This document shows, one piece after another, positions 1 through 11,537 of a stretch of DNA of 64,000 nt. The stretch lies in the NCBI GenBank assembly GCA_032718475.1, contig JAUCBJ010001123.1, positions 38,804 to 102,803 of the forward strand. Reading direction: 5' to 3'. The notes beneath the pieces were generated by a model. That model saw nothing but the letters and a program-made list of their open reading frames with translations. It searched no databases and was not told the DNA's origin. How positions within the stretch are numbered: the first letter of the stretch is position 1; each line of letters starts with the position of its first letter. The stretch comes from Nemertoderma westbladi (taxonomy: Eukaryota; Animalia; Xenacoelomorpha). Made by a program: the position numbers and the translations under genes.

Positions 1-3000
1 TTATTCGAAGACCGTTAGGACTTCTTATATTTATTAGGAGACCGTTAGGACTTCTTATATTTATTAGAAGACCGTTAGGACTTCTTATATTTATTAGAAG
101 ACCGTTAGGACTTCTTATATTTATTAGAAGACCGTTAGGACTTCTTATATTTATTAGAAGACCGTTAGGACTTCTTATATTTATTAGAAGACCGTTAGGA
201 CTTCTTATATTTATTAGAAGACCTTTAGGACTTCTTATATTTATTAGAAGACCGTTAGGACTTCTTATATTTATTAGAAGACCGTTAGGACTTCTTATAT
301 TTATTAGAAGACCGTTAGGACTTCTTATATTTATTAGAAGACCGTTAGGACTTCTTATATTTATTAAAAGACCGTTAGGACTTCTTATATTTATTAGAAG
401 ACCGTTAGGACTTCTTATATTTATTAGAAGACCGTTAGGACTTCTTATATTTATTAGAAGACCGTTAGGACTTCTTATATTTATTAGAAGACCGTTAGGA
501 CTTCTTATATTTATTAGAAGACCGTTAGGACTTCTTATATTTATTAGAAGACCGTTAGGACTTCTTATATTTATTAGAAGACCGTTAGGACTTCTTATAT
601 TTATTAGAAGACCGTTAGGACTTCTTATATTTATTAGAAGACCGTTAGGACTTCTTATATTTATTAGAAGACCGTTAGGACTTCTTATATTTATTAGAAG
701 ACCGTTAGGACTTCTTATATTTATTAGAAGACCGTTAGGACTTCTTATATTTATTAGAAGACCGTTAGGACTTCTTATATTTATTCAAAGACTGTTAGGA
801 CTTCTTATATTTATTAGAAGACCGTTAGGACTTCTTATATTTATTCGAAGACCGTTAGGACTTCTTATATTTATTAGGAGACCGTTAGGACTTCTTATAT
901 TTATTAGAAGACCGTTAGGACTTCTTATATTTATTAGAAGACCGTTAGGACTTCTTATATTTATTAGAAGACCGTTAGGACTTCTTATATTTATTAGAAG
1001 ACCGTTAGGACTTCTTATATTTATTAGAAGACCGTTAGGACTTCTTATATTTATTCGAAGACCGTTAGGACTTCTTATATTTATTAGGAGACCGTTAGGA
1101 CTTCTTATATTTATTAGAAGACCGTTAGGACTTCTTATATTTATTAGAAGACCGTTAGGACTTCTTATATTTATTAGAAGACCGTTAGGACTTCTTATAT
1201 TTATTAGAAGACCGTTAGGACTTCTTATATTTATTAGAAGACCGTTAGGACTTCTTATATTTATTAGAAGACCGTTAGGACTTCTTATATTTATTAGAAG
1301 ACCGTTAGGACTTCTTATATTTATTAGAAGACCGTTAGGACTTCTTATATTTATTAGAAGACCGTTAGGACTTCTTATATTTATTAAAAGACCGTTAGGA
1401 CTTCTTATATTTATTCGAAGACCGTTAGGACTTCTTATATTTATTCGAAGACCGTTAGGACTTCTTATATTTATTCGAAGACCGTTAGGACTTCTTATAT
1501 TTATTAGGAGACCGTTAGGACTTCTTATATTTATTAAAAGACCGTTAGGACTTCTTATATTTATTCGAAGACCGTTAGGACTTCTTATATTTATTAGAAG
1601 ACCTTTAGGACTTCTTATATTTATTAGAAGACCGTTAGGACTTCTTATATTTATTAGAAGACCGTTAGGACTTCTTATATTTGTTAGAAGACCGTTAGGA
1701 CTTCTTATATTTATTAGAAGACCGTTAGGACTTCTTATATTTATTCGAAGACCGTTAGGACTTCTTATATTTATTAGAAGACCGTTAGGACTTCTTATAT
1801 TCATTAGAAGACCTTTACGACTTCTTATATTTATTAGAATACCGTTAGGACTTCTTATATTTATTAGAAGACCGTTAGGACTTCTTATATGTATTAGAAG
1901 ACCGTTAGGACTTCTTATATTTATTAGAAGACCGTTAGGACTTCTTATATTTATTAGAAGACCGTTAGGACTTCTTATATTTGTTAGAAGACCGTTAGGA
2001 CTTCTTATATTTATTAGAAGACCGTTAGGACTTCTTACATTTATTAGAAGACCGTTAGGACTTCTTATATTTATTCGAAGAATGTTAGGACTTCTTATAT
2101 TTATTAGAAGACCGTTAGGACTTCTTATATTTATTAGAAGACCGTTAGGACTTCTTATATTTATTAGAAGACCGTTAGGACTTCTTATATTTATTAGAAG
2201 ACCGTTAGGACTTCTTATATTTATTAGAAGACCTTTAGGACTTCTTATATTTATTAGAAGACCGATAGGACTTCTTATATGTATTAGAAGACCGTTAGGA
2301 CTTGTTATATTTATTAGAAGACCGTTAGGACTTCTTATATTTATTAGAAGACTGTTAGGACTTCTTATATTTATTAGAAGACCTTTAGGACTTCTTATAT
2401 TTATTCGAAGAATGTTAGGACTTCTTATATTTATTCGAAGAATGTTAGGACTTCTTATATTTATTAGAAGACCGTTAGGACTTCTTATATTTATTATAAG
2501 ACCGTTAGGACATCTTATGTTTATTAGAAGACCATTAGAACTTCTTATATTTATTAGAAGACCGTTAGGACTTCTTATATTTATTAGAAGACCGTTAGGA
2601 CTTCTTATATTTATTAGAAGACCGTTAGGACTTCTTATATTTATTAGAAGACCTTTAGGACTTCTTATATTTATTCGAAGAATGTTAGGACTTCTTATAT
2701 TTTTTAGAAGACCTTTAGGACTTCTTATATTCATTAGAAGACCTTTACGACTTCTTATATTCATTAGAAGACCTTTACGACTTCTTATATTTATTAGAAG
2801 ACCGTTAGGACTTCTTATATTTATTAGAAGACCTTTAGGACTTCTTATATTTATTAGAAGACCGTTAGGACTTCTTATATTTATTAGAAGACCGTTAGGA
2901 CTTCTTATATTTATTAGAAGACCGTTAGCACTTCTTATATTTATTAGAATCCCGTTAGGACATCTTATGTTTATTAGAAGACCATTAGAACTTCTTATAT

Positions 3001-6000
3001 TTATTCGAAGAATGTTAGGACTTCTTATATTTTTTAGAAGACCTTTAGGACTTCTTATATTCATTAGAAGACCTTTACGACTTCTTATATTCATTAGAAG
3101 ACCTTTACGACTTCTTATATTTATTAGAAGACCGTTAGGACTTCTTATATTTATTAGAAGACCTTTAGGACTTCTTATATTTATTAGAAGACCGTTAGCA
3201 CTTCTTATATTTATTAGAAGACCGTTAGGACTTCTTATATTTATTAGAAGACCGTTAGGACTTCTTATATTTATTAGAAGACCGTTAGGACTTCTTATAT
3301 TTATTAGAAGACCTTTAGGACTTCTTATATTTATTAGAAGACCGTTAGCACTTCTTATATTTATTAGAAGACCTTTAGGACTTCTTATATTTATTAGAAG
3401 ACCGTTAGCACTTCTTATATTTATTAGAAGACCTTTAGGACTTCTTATATTTATTAGAAGACCGTTAGCACTTCTTATATTTATTAGAAGACCGTTAGGA
3501 CTTCTTATATTTATTAGAAGACCGTTAGGACTTCTTATATTTATTAGAAGACCGTTAGGACTTCTTATATTTATTATAAGACCGTTAGGACTTCTTATAT
3601 TTATTAGAAGACCGTTAGGACTTCTTATATTTATTCGAAGACCGTTAGGACTTCTTATATTTATTCGAAGAATGTTAGGACTTCTTATATTTATTAGAAG
3701 ACCGTTAGGACTTCTTATATTTATTCGAAGAATGTTAGGACTTCTTATATTTATTAGAAGACCGTTAGGACTTCTTATATTTATTAGAAGACCGTTAGGA
3801 CTTCTTATATTTATTAGAAGACCGTTAGGACTTCTTATATGTATTAGAAGACCGTTAGGACTTGTTATATTTATTAGAAGACCGTTAGGACTTCTTATAT
3901 TTATTAGAAGACCGTTAGGACTTCTTATATTTATTCGAAGAATGTTAGGACTTCTTATATTTATTAGAAGACCGTTAGGACTTCTTATATTTATTAGAAG
4001 ACCGTTAGGACTTCTTATATTTATTAGAAGACCGTTAGGACTTCTTATATGTATTAGAAGACCGTTAGGACTTGTTATATTTATTAGAAGACCGTTAGGA
4101 CTTCTTATATTTATTAGAAGACCGTTAGGACTTCTTATATTTATTAGAAGACCGTTAGGACTTCTTATATTTATTAGAAGACCGTTAGGACTTCTTATAT
4201 GTATTAGAAGACCGTTAGGACTTCTTATATTTATTAGAAGACCGTTAGGACTTCTTATATTTATTCGAAGACCGTTTGGACTTCTTATATTTATTAGAAG
4301 ACCGTTAGGACTTCTTATATTTATTCGAAGAATGTTAGGACTTCTTATATTTATTAGAAGACCTTTAGGACTTCTTATATTTATTAGAAGACCGTTAGCA
4401 CTTCTTATATTTATTAGAAGACCGTTAGGACTTCTTATATTTATTAGAAGACCGTTAGGACTTCTTATATTTATTAGAAGACCGTTAGGACTTCTTATAT
4501 TTATTATAAGACCGTTAGGACTTCTTATATTTATTAGAAGACCGTTAGGACTTCTTATATTTATTCGAAGACCGTTTGGACTTCTTATATTTATTAGAAG
4601 ACCGTTAGGACTTCTTATATTTATTCGAAGAATGTTAGGACTTCTTATATTTATTAGAAGACCGTTAGGACTTCTTATATTTATTAGAAGACCGTTAAGA
4701 CTTCTTATATTTATTAGAAGACCGTTAGGACTTCTTATATGTATTAGAAGACCGTTAGGACTTGTTATATTTATTAGAAGACCGTTAGGACTTCTTATAT
4801 TTATTCGAAGACCGTTAGGACTTCTTATATTTATTAGAAGACCTTTAGGACTTCTTATATTTATTCGAAGAATGTTAGGACTTCTTATATTTATTAGAAG
4901 ACCGTTATGACTTCTTATATTTATTAGAAGACCGTTAGGACTTCTTATATTTATTCGAAGAATGTTAGGACTTCTTATATTTATTAGAAGACCGTTAGGA
5001 CTTCTTATATTCATTAGAAGACCTTTACGACTTCTTATATTTATTCGAAGACCGTTAGGACTTCTTATATTTATTAGAAGACCTTTAGGACTTCTTATAT
5101 TTATTAGAAGACCGTTAGCACTTCTTATATTTATTAGAATCCCGTTAGGACATCTTATGTTTATTAGAAGACCATTAGAACTTCTTATATTTATTAGAAG
5201 ACCGTTAGGACTTCTTATATTTATTAGAAGACCGTTAGGACTTCTTATATTTATTGGAAGACCGTTCGGACTTCTTATATTTATTAGAAGACCGTTAGGA
5301 CTTCTTATATTTATTAGAAGACCGTCAGGACTTCTTATATTTATTCGAAGACCGTTAGGACTTCTTTCATTTATTAGAAGACCGTTAGGACTTCTTATAT
5401 TTATTAGAAGACCTTTAGGACTTCTTATATTTATTAGAAGACCGTTAGCACTTCTTATATTTATTAGAATCCCGTTAGGACTTCTTATGTTTATTAGAAG
5501 ACCGTTAGGACTTCTTATATTTATTAGAAGACCGTTAGGACTTCTTATATTTATTAGAAGACCGTTAGGACTTCTTATATTTATTAGAAGCCGTTAGGAC
5601 TTCTTATATTTATTAGAAGACCGTTAGGACTTCTTATATTTATTAGAATCCCGTTAGGACATCTTATGTTTATTAGAAGACCATTAGAACTTCTTATATT
5701 TATTAGAAGACCGTTAGGACTTCTTATATTTATTAGAAGACCGTTAGGACTTCTTATATTTATTAGAAGACCGTTAGGACTTCTTATATTTATTAGAAGA
5801 CCGTTAGGACTTCTTATATTTATTAGAAGACCGTTAGGACTTCTTATATTTATTAGAAGACCATTAGAACTTCTTATATTTATTAGAAGACCGTTAGGAC
5901 TTCTTATATTTATTCGAAGACCGTTAGGACTTCTTTCATTTATTAGAAGACCGTTAGGACTTCTTATATTTATTAGAAGACCTTTAGGACTTCTTATATT

Positions 6001-9000
6001 TATTAGAAGACCATTAGAACTTCTTATATTTATTAGAAGACCGTCAGGACTTCTTATATTTATTCGAAGACCGTTAGGACTTCTTTCATTTATTAGAAGA
6101 CCGTTAGGACTTCTTATATTTATTAGAAGACCTTTAGGACTTCTTATATTTATTCGAAGACCGTTAGGACTTCTTTCATTTATTAGAAGACCGTTAGGAC
6201 TTCTTATATTTATTAGAAGACCTTTAGGACTTCTTATATTTATTAGAAGACCGTTAGCACTTCTTATATTTATTAGAATCCCGTTAGGACTTCTTATGTT
6301 TATTAGAAGACCGTTAGGACTTCTTATATTTATTAGAAGACCGTTAGGACTTCTTATATTTATTAGAAGACCGTTAGGACTTCTTATATTTATTAGAAGA
6401 CCGTTAGGACTTCTTATATTTATTAGAAGACCGTTAGGACTTCTTATATTTATTAGAAGACCATTAGAACTTCTTATATTTATTAGAAGACCGTTAGGAC
6501 TTCTTATATTTATTAGAAGACCGTTAGGACTTCTTATATTTATTAGAAGACCGTTAGGACTTCTTATATTTATTAGAAGACCGTTAGGACTTCTTATATT
6601 TATTAGAATCCCGTTAGGACATCTTATGTTTATTAGAAGACCATTAGAACTTCTTATATTTATTAGAAGACCGTTAGGACTTCTTATATTTATTAGAAGA
6701 CCGTTAGGACTTCTTATATTTATTAGAAGACCGTTAGGACTTCTTATATTTATTAGAAGACCGTTAGGACTTCTTATATTTATTAGAAGACCGTTAGGAC
6801 TTCTTATATTTATTAGAAGACCTTTAGGACTTCTTATATTTATTAGAAGACCGTTAGGACTTCTTATATTTATTAGAAGACGGTTAGGACTTCTTATATT
6901 TATTAGAAGACCGTTAGGACTTCTTATATTCATTAGAAGACCTTTACGACTTCTTATATTTATTCGAAGACCGTTAGGACTTCTTATATTTATTAGAAGA
7001 CCTTTAGGACTTCTTATATTTATTAGAATCCCGTTAGGACATCTTATGTTTATTAGAAGACCATTAGAACTTCTTATATTTATTAGAAGACCGTTAGGAC
7101 TTCTTATATTTATTAGAAGACCGTTAGGACTTCTTATATTTATTAGAAGACCTTTAGGACTTCTTATATTTATTAGAAGACCGTTAGCACTTCTTATATT
7201 TATTAGAATCCCGTTAGGACATCTTATGTTTATTAGAAGACCATTAGAACTTCTTATATTTATTAGAAGACCGTTAGGACTTCTTATATTTATTAGAAGA
7301 CCGTTAGGACTTCTTATATTTATTGGAAGACCGTTCGGACTTCTTATATTTATTAGAAGACCGTTAGGACTTCTTATATTTATTAGAAGACCGTTAGGAC
7401 TTCTTATATTTATTAGAAGACCTTTAGGACTTCTTATATTTATTAGAAGACCGTTAGGACTTCTTATATTTATTAGAAGACGGTTAGGACTTCTTATATT
7501 TATTAGAAGACCGTTAGGACTTCTTATATTTATTAGAAGACCGTTAGGACTTCTTATATTTATTAGAAGACCGTTAGGACTTCTTATATTTATTGGAAGA
7601 CCGTTCGGACTTCTTATATTTATTAGAAGACCGTTAGGACTTCTTATATTTATTAGAAGACCGTTAGGACTTCTTATATTTATTAGAAGACCTTTAGGAC
7701 TTCTTATATTTATTAGAAGACCGTTAGGACTTCTTATATTTATTAGAAGACGGTTAGGACTTCTTATATTTATTAGAAGACCGTTAGGACTTCTTATATT
7801 TATTAGAAGACCGTTAGGACTTCTTATATTTATTAGAAGACCTTTAGGACTTCTTATATTTATTAGAAGACCGTTAGGACTTCTTATATTTATTAGAAGA
7901 CGGTTAGGACTTCTTATATTTATTAGAAGACCGTTAGGACTTCTTATATTCATTAGAAGACCTTTACGACTTCTTATATTTATTCGAAGACCGTTAGGAC
8001 TTCTTATATTTATTAGAAGACCTTTAGGACTTCTTATATTTATTAGAAGACCGTTAGGACTTCTTATATTTATTAGAAGACGGTTAGGACTTCTTATATT
8101 TATTAGAAGACCGTTAGGACTTCTTATATTCATTAGAAGACCTTTACGACTTCTTATATTTATTCGAAGACCGTTAGGACTTCTTATATTTATTAGAAGA
8201 CCGTTAGGACTTCTTATATTTATTAGAAGACCGTTAGGACTTCTTATATTTATTAGAAGACCGTTAGCACTTCTTATATTTATTAGAATCCCGTTAGGAC
8301 ATCTTATGTTTATTAGAAGACCATTAGAACTTCTTATATTTATTAGAAGACCGTTAGGACTTCTTATATTTATTAGAAGACCGTTAGGACTTCTTATATT
8401 TATTGGAAGACCGTTAGGACTTCTTATATTTATTAGAAGACCGTTCGGACTTCTTATATTTATTAGAAGACCGTTAGGACTTCTTATATTTATTAGAAGA
8501 CCGTTAGGACTTCTTATATTTATTAGAAGACCTTTAGGACTTCTTATATTTATTAGAAGACCGTTAGGACTTCTTATATTTATTAGAAGACGGTTAGGAC
8601 TTCTTATATTTATTAGAAGACCGTTAGGACTTCTTATATTTATTAGAAGACCGTTAGGACTTCTTATATTTATTAGAAGACCGTTAGGACTTCTTATATT
8701 TATTAGAAGACCGTTAGGACTTCTTATATTTATTAGAAGACCGTTAGGACTTCTTATATTTATTAGAAGACCGTTAGGACTTCTTATATTTATTAGAAGA
8801 CCGTCAGGACTTCTTATATTTATTAGAAGACCGTTAGGACTTCTTATATTTATTAGAAGACCGTTAGGACTTCTTATATTTATTAGAAGACCGTTAGGAC
8901 TTCTTATATTTATTAGAAGACCGTTAGGACTTCTTATATTTATTAGAAGACGGTTAGGACTTCTTATATTTATTAGAAGACCGTCAGGACTTCTTATATT

Positions 9001-9026
9001 TATTAGAAGACCGTTAGGACTTCTTA
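1..9026. repeat. 30-bp tandem satellite, about 300 monomers, consensus TTATTAGAAGACCGTTAGGACTTCTTATAT; runs off the left edge
   Basis: Exact 30-bp periodicity visible in the sequence. One 1-bp deletion near 5591 shifts the register. The last monomer ends GGACTTCTTA at 9026. Confidence 0.99.
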
Positions 9027-9420
9027 CTGTAAAACAATTCACTATCTATCTATGTATGTGTGTATGTATATCGGATGAACTCCTCCGAAGCTATAGCTCG
9101 TCCGTCAATGAAAATTATAAAAATCGACGCAGCTCAACCCCAGGATGTGGAAAAAAAAGTTTCGAAAAAATTATTAAAGTGTCTTTTTTTATTTCGAACA
9201 ATAGCCCATAACACAACAATTGCCATAGACTCAATGATAAAAACACCAGCTGCCTAGTAAGCTACTACTATTGATTGAATGGATAAGCCAAACTGCAGAG
9301 AAGTACATTAATTGCCAAATTTATTACTATCTCACTCTATGCGAGACAGAAAGCAAACATTGTAATGTATTAGCCTGCCACCTGAATAGCTCTTCCCAGT
9401 GAATCCTATGGGAATATCTA
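8999..9420 (+). mobile_element. Probable 5' part of a non-autonomous Helentron/DINE-1-type (HINE) element; 3' end not located
   Basis: Parts in order: TTTATT, hairpin AGAAGaCC-GTTA-GGaCTTCT, short spacer, (CTAT/GTAT)n microsatellite, then AACTCCTCCGAAGCTATAGCTCGTCCGTCAATGAAAATT. This matches the subTIR/IR-microsatellite-core layout of HINE/DINE-1-like elements. Based on architecture only, no search run; the right boundary is approximate. Confidence 0.45.
9042..9069. repeat. Compound tetranucleotide microsatellite (CTAT)3 GTAT GTGT (GTAT)2
   Basis: Read directly from the sequence. Confidence 0.9.
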
Positions 9421-9479
9421 TAGGGCTAATCACTGCTATGTTAGGAGGTGGGACATTGAATATCTATAATTATCCGTAC

Positions 9480-9551
9480 ATTATTGACCGGTTGTACACT
9501 CGGAGTAGGAAAGCCTCGACTGGTTCCTACTCCCTAAAACCGGTCAATAAT
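9480..9551. other. Nested inverted repeat (hairpin/cruciform)
   Basis: Perfect 14-bp outer arms ATTATTGACCGGTT (9480-9493) and AACCGGTCAATAAT (9538-9551). Perfect 10-bp inner arms GGAGTAGGAA (9502-9511) and TTCCTACTCC (9524-9533). Confidence 0.9.
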
Positions 9552-10143
9552 TGCGTTGTTGTACACTTTTACTGGACAAAACAACACAACGCGATAAGAT
9601 AATTTAGTACCGCTGAAGTAATTTCAGATTACTACTACAATGAAACGACAATAATAGATTCTAAAGAGTGTTTAGTTTGGGGGGTCCAGTATAGAAAATG
9701 GGGCTTGGTCTTTTTGGGGTTAAACAAATATGAATGTTTATTTTTCTAACGATTAGACAAAAAGCATAATGTAAATCAACATGACTATCATGTTATCAAG
9801 ATGTTATAGTATAACATAAAAACAGTTTTCTGTACGTACGTGCAGTATGTCGTACGGTATGTCATAATAGAAAATGGTTGCCATTGTTGCATATTCCCGC
9901 TACATAGAGTTTGGGCTTTTTAGTGGTCGGTCCTGGAATTCTTGTTCCTATGACAAATGTCAATGGGCTGTTATTGCAAGAACAAATGTACCTATAGTCA
10001 GGGGAACAACGCCTAGTGCCATTATATCGTGTATGGGCTTTCGAATTGTCAGTATTACCGTACTGTACTACCACAGCAACACTCGCAAACAGGTTGTTAT
10101 CTGTCACTTTAGTAAATTTGTAGACTCCCAAACAATACGAATA

Positions 10144-10170
10144 CCCCCCCCCCCCCCCCCCCCCCCCCCC
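10144..10170. repeat. Poly-C tract (27 nt)
   Basis: Read directly from the sequence. Confidence 0.95.
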
Positions 10171-10671
10171 AGATAAAAAATATTTAATGTCAATAATACA
10201 AAATGTGTGTTATGCCAAAATACAATATAAAATTATATAATATAAAATATAAAATTAACCATTATCTGGAGCAGGCTAACCGAGCCCCACAGCTGTGCCC
10301 GGTGTGGCAAGGATGTTCTGTTCAGTTTAACTCGCTGTTTATCCTGGTCATTTTACCTGAATCATTTTGACCCATAAATTTGTTAAATTTGTTAAAAATA
10401 TTTTCTGACATTGCAAAAATCATATTGGGAGCTATTCTGGTCCTTCAATCGAAAAGTAGAAGTAAAAATAAATTCAAACTGTTAAATTTTGCCTTTGGTT
10501 AGTTACTTCTGAAGATATACTTGTTTTCAAGGTCGGTGAAGACGATACAATTCGTTAAATATCGTTTATATCCAATAAACCGTCATATACCGCAAATAAA
10601 AATTGTTGTAAATTTATTTTAATATATTAAATAGTGAGCCATAAAATCTTTTAAAAATGTAGCCTCGAAAA

Positions 10672-10740
10672 AGCTACATATACAGTATATAGCACATATA
10701 TACACATATAGTACATATATAGCACATAGCTACAGCATAT
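10672..10740. repeat. Low-complexity (TA/CA)-rich degenerate microsatellite
   Basis: Repeated CATATA/TATAGCAC-like units. Confidence 0.6.
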
Positions 10741-11132
10741 AAATCTGGCTCCAATATAAGATGCTGCTTTACTCAATGTTAAATAATAGTGTTCTAGAAT
10801 ATTTATTACGTAACTAGAGAGCCGCTTAACAACAACATAAACCAATATTGGATATTGAGTTCCGTTTTGGAGTTCGCCTTGCAGACACTGTGAGTACCAA
10901 ATAACTTTGAATGTGTGCATGGATTTTGCTCAAATTACGTGCAAATATTTTCTAGTTGATTCTCTTTTAACATATGTTATAAAATTTAAGAAATTCTACC
11001 CACCGGGGAAAAAGTAAAATCAATGCAATTCTATGAGTTACATTTTTTCCTGAAACTATTTAGAAAAACTCCTGATTTTGGTGTATAAAGTAACAATTTA
11101 ATTCAATTTAATAATTTAACAAAATCTATCTA

Positions 11133-11390
11133 TCCGCGGGAGGCCGTACTGCGGAGGAAGTGGAATCTCTAAAGATCCGCAAGTATCAGGAACTCATGGA
11201 CCGGGGCTACCTCTTCCACCCGGTAGCCTACGAGACCTTGGGCCGCCCCGGCCCTGAAACATCCGAGTTCCTGAAGGAGATCGGGGCCAGACTCCACTCT
11301 GTCACCCAAGAGCCCCGATCTCACCGCTTCCTCCTGCAGAGGCTGGCCATCGCCATCCTAGTCGGCAACGCGGCCTCCATCATAGGGACT
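11133..11390 (+). mobile_element. Fragment of an RLE-type (CRE-clade-like) non-LTR retrotransposon: C-terminal part of the restriction-like endonuclease
   Basis: Abrupt GC-rich island. It translates as SAGGRTAEEVESLKIRKYQEL...FHPVAYETLG...FLKEIGARL...FLLQRLAIAILVGNAASIIGT, which fits the E..K..KY, F.P.A.ET.G and QRL...GNA motifs of CRE-like RLE domains. The final STLR* of the track ORF comes from the adapter. Confidence 0.75.
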
Positions 11391-11443
11391 AGTACTCTGC
11401 GTTGATACCACTGCTTTAAGCAGTGGTATCAACGCAGAGTACT
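11391..11443. other. Technical artefact: inverted dimer of the SMART/PacBio ultra-low-input amplification adapter
   Basis: AGTACTCTGCGTTGATACCACTGCTT (11391-11416) + T + AAGCAGTGGTATCAACGCAGAGTACT (11418-11443). Both arms match the well-known oligo AAGCAGTGGTATCAACGCAGAGTAC(T) exactly. Confidence 0.98.
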
Positions 11444-11537
11444 GCAGCCTTCACTTCTGCAAAGGAGATATCGCCAATGGGAATATCTGGGAGTACAGAC
11501 TCAGACACTTTTACTTCTATAAAGTTATCAGTATAGT

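Noticed and set aside
1-9026. TTAGG in each 30-bp monomer as a telomeric repeat
   Set aside because: One isolated 5-mer per monomer, never in tandem, and it forms part of the hairpin.
785-9211. Very long ORFs on both strands (INIRSPNGLL / LIFIRRPLGL repeats)
   Set aside because: Read-through of a 30-bp monomer with stop-free frames. There are no unique termini or domains, and point mutations and a 1-bp deletion break the frames at random.
10144-10170. Poly-C/G tract as a functional G-quadruplex or polyproline coding segment
   Set aside because: A simple homopolymer with no supporting context, and its length is error-prone.
9060-10920. Short ORFs at 9060, 9399, 9862, 9874 and 10651
   Set aside because: No recognisable domains, and several overlap microsatellite, hairpin, poly-C or low-complexity DNA. 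Small exons cannot be fully excluded.
11391-11443. 53-bp palindrome as a biological hairpin, terminator or transposon end
   Set aside because: Exact match to a synthetic library adapter.
9408-11488. Shared 12-mer ATGGGAATATCT at 9408 and 11477
   Set aside because: The similarity does not extend, and the copies lie on opposite sides of the adapter junction, so it cannot be read as a TSD or terminal repeat.
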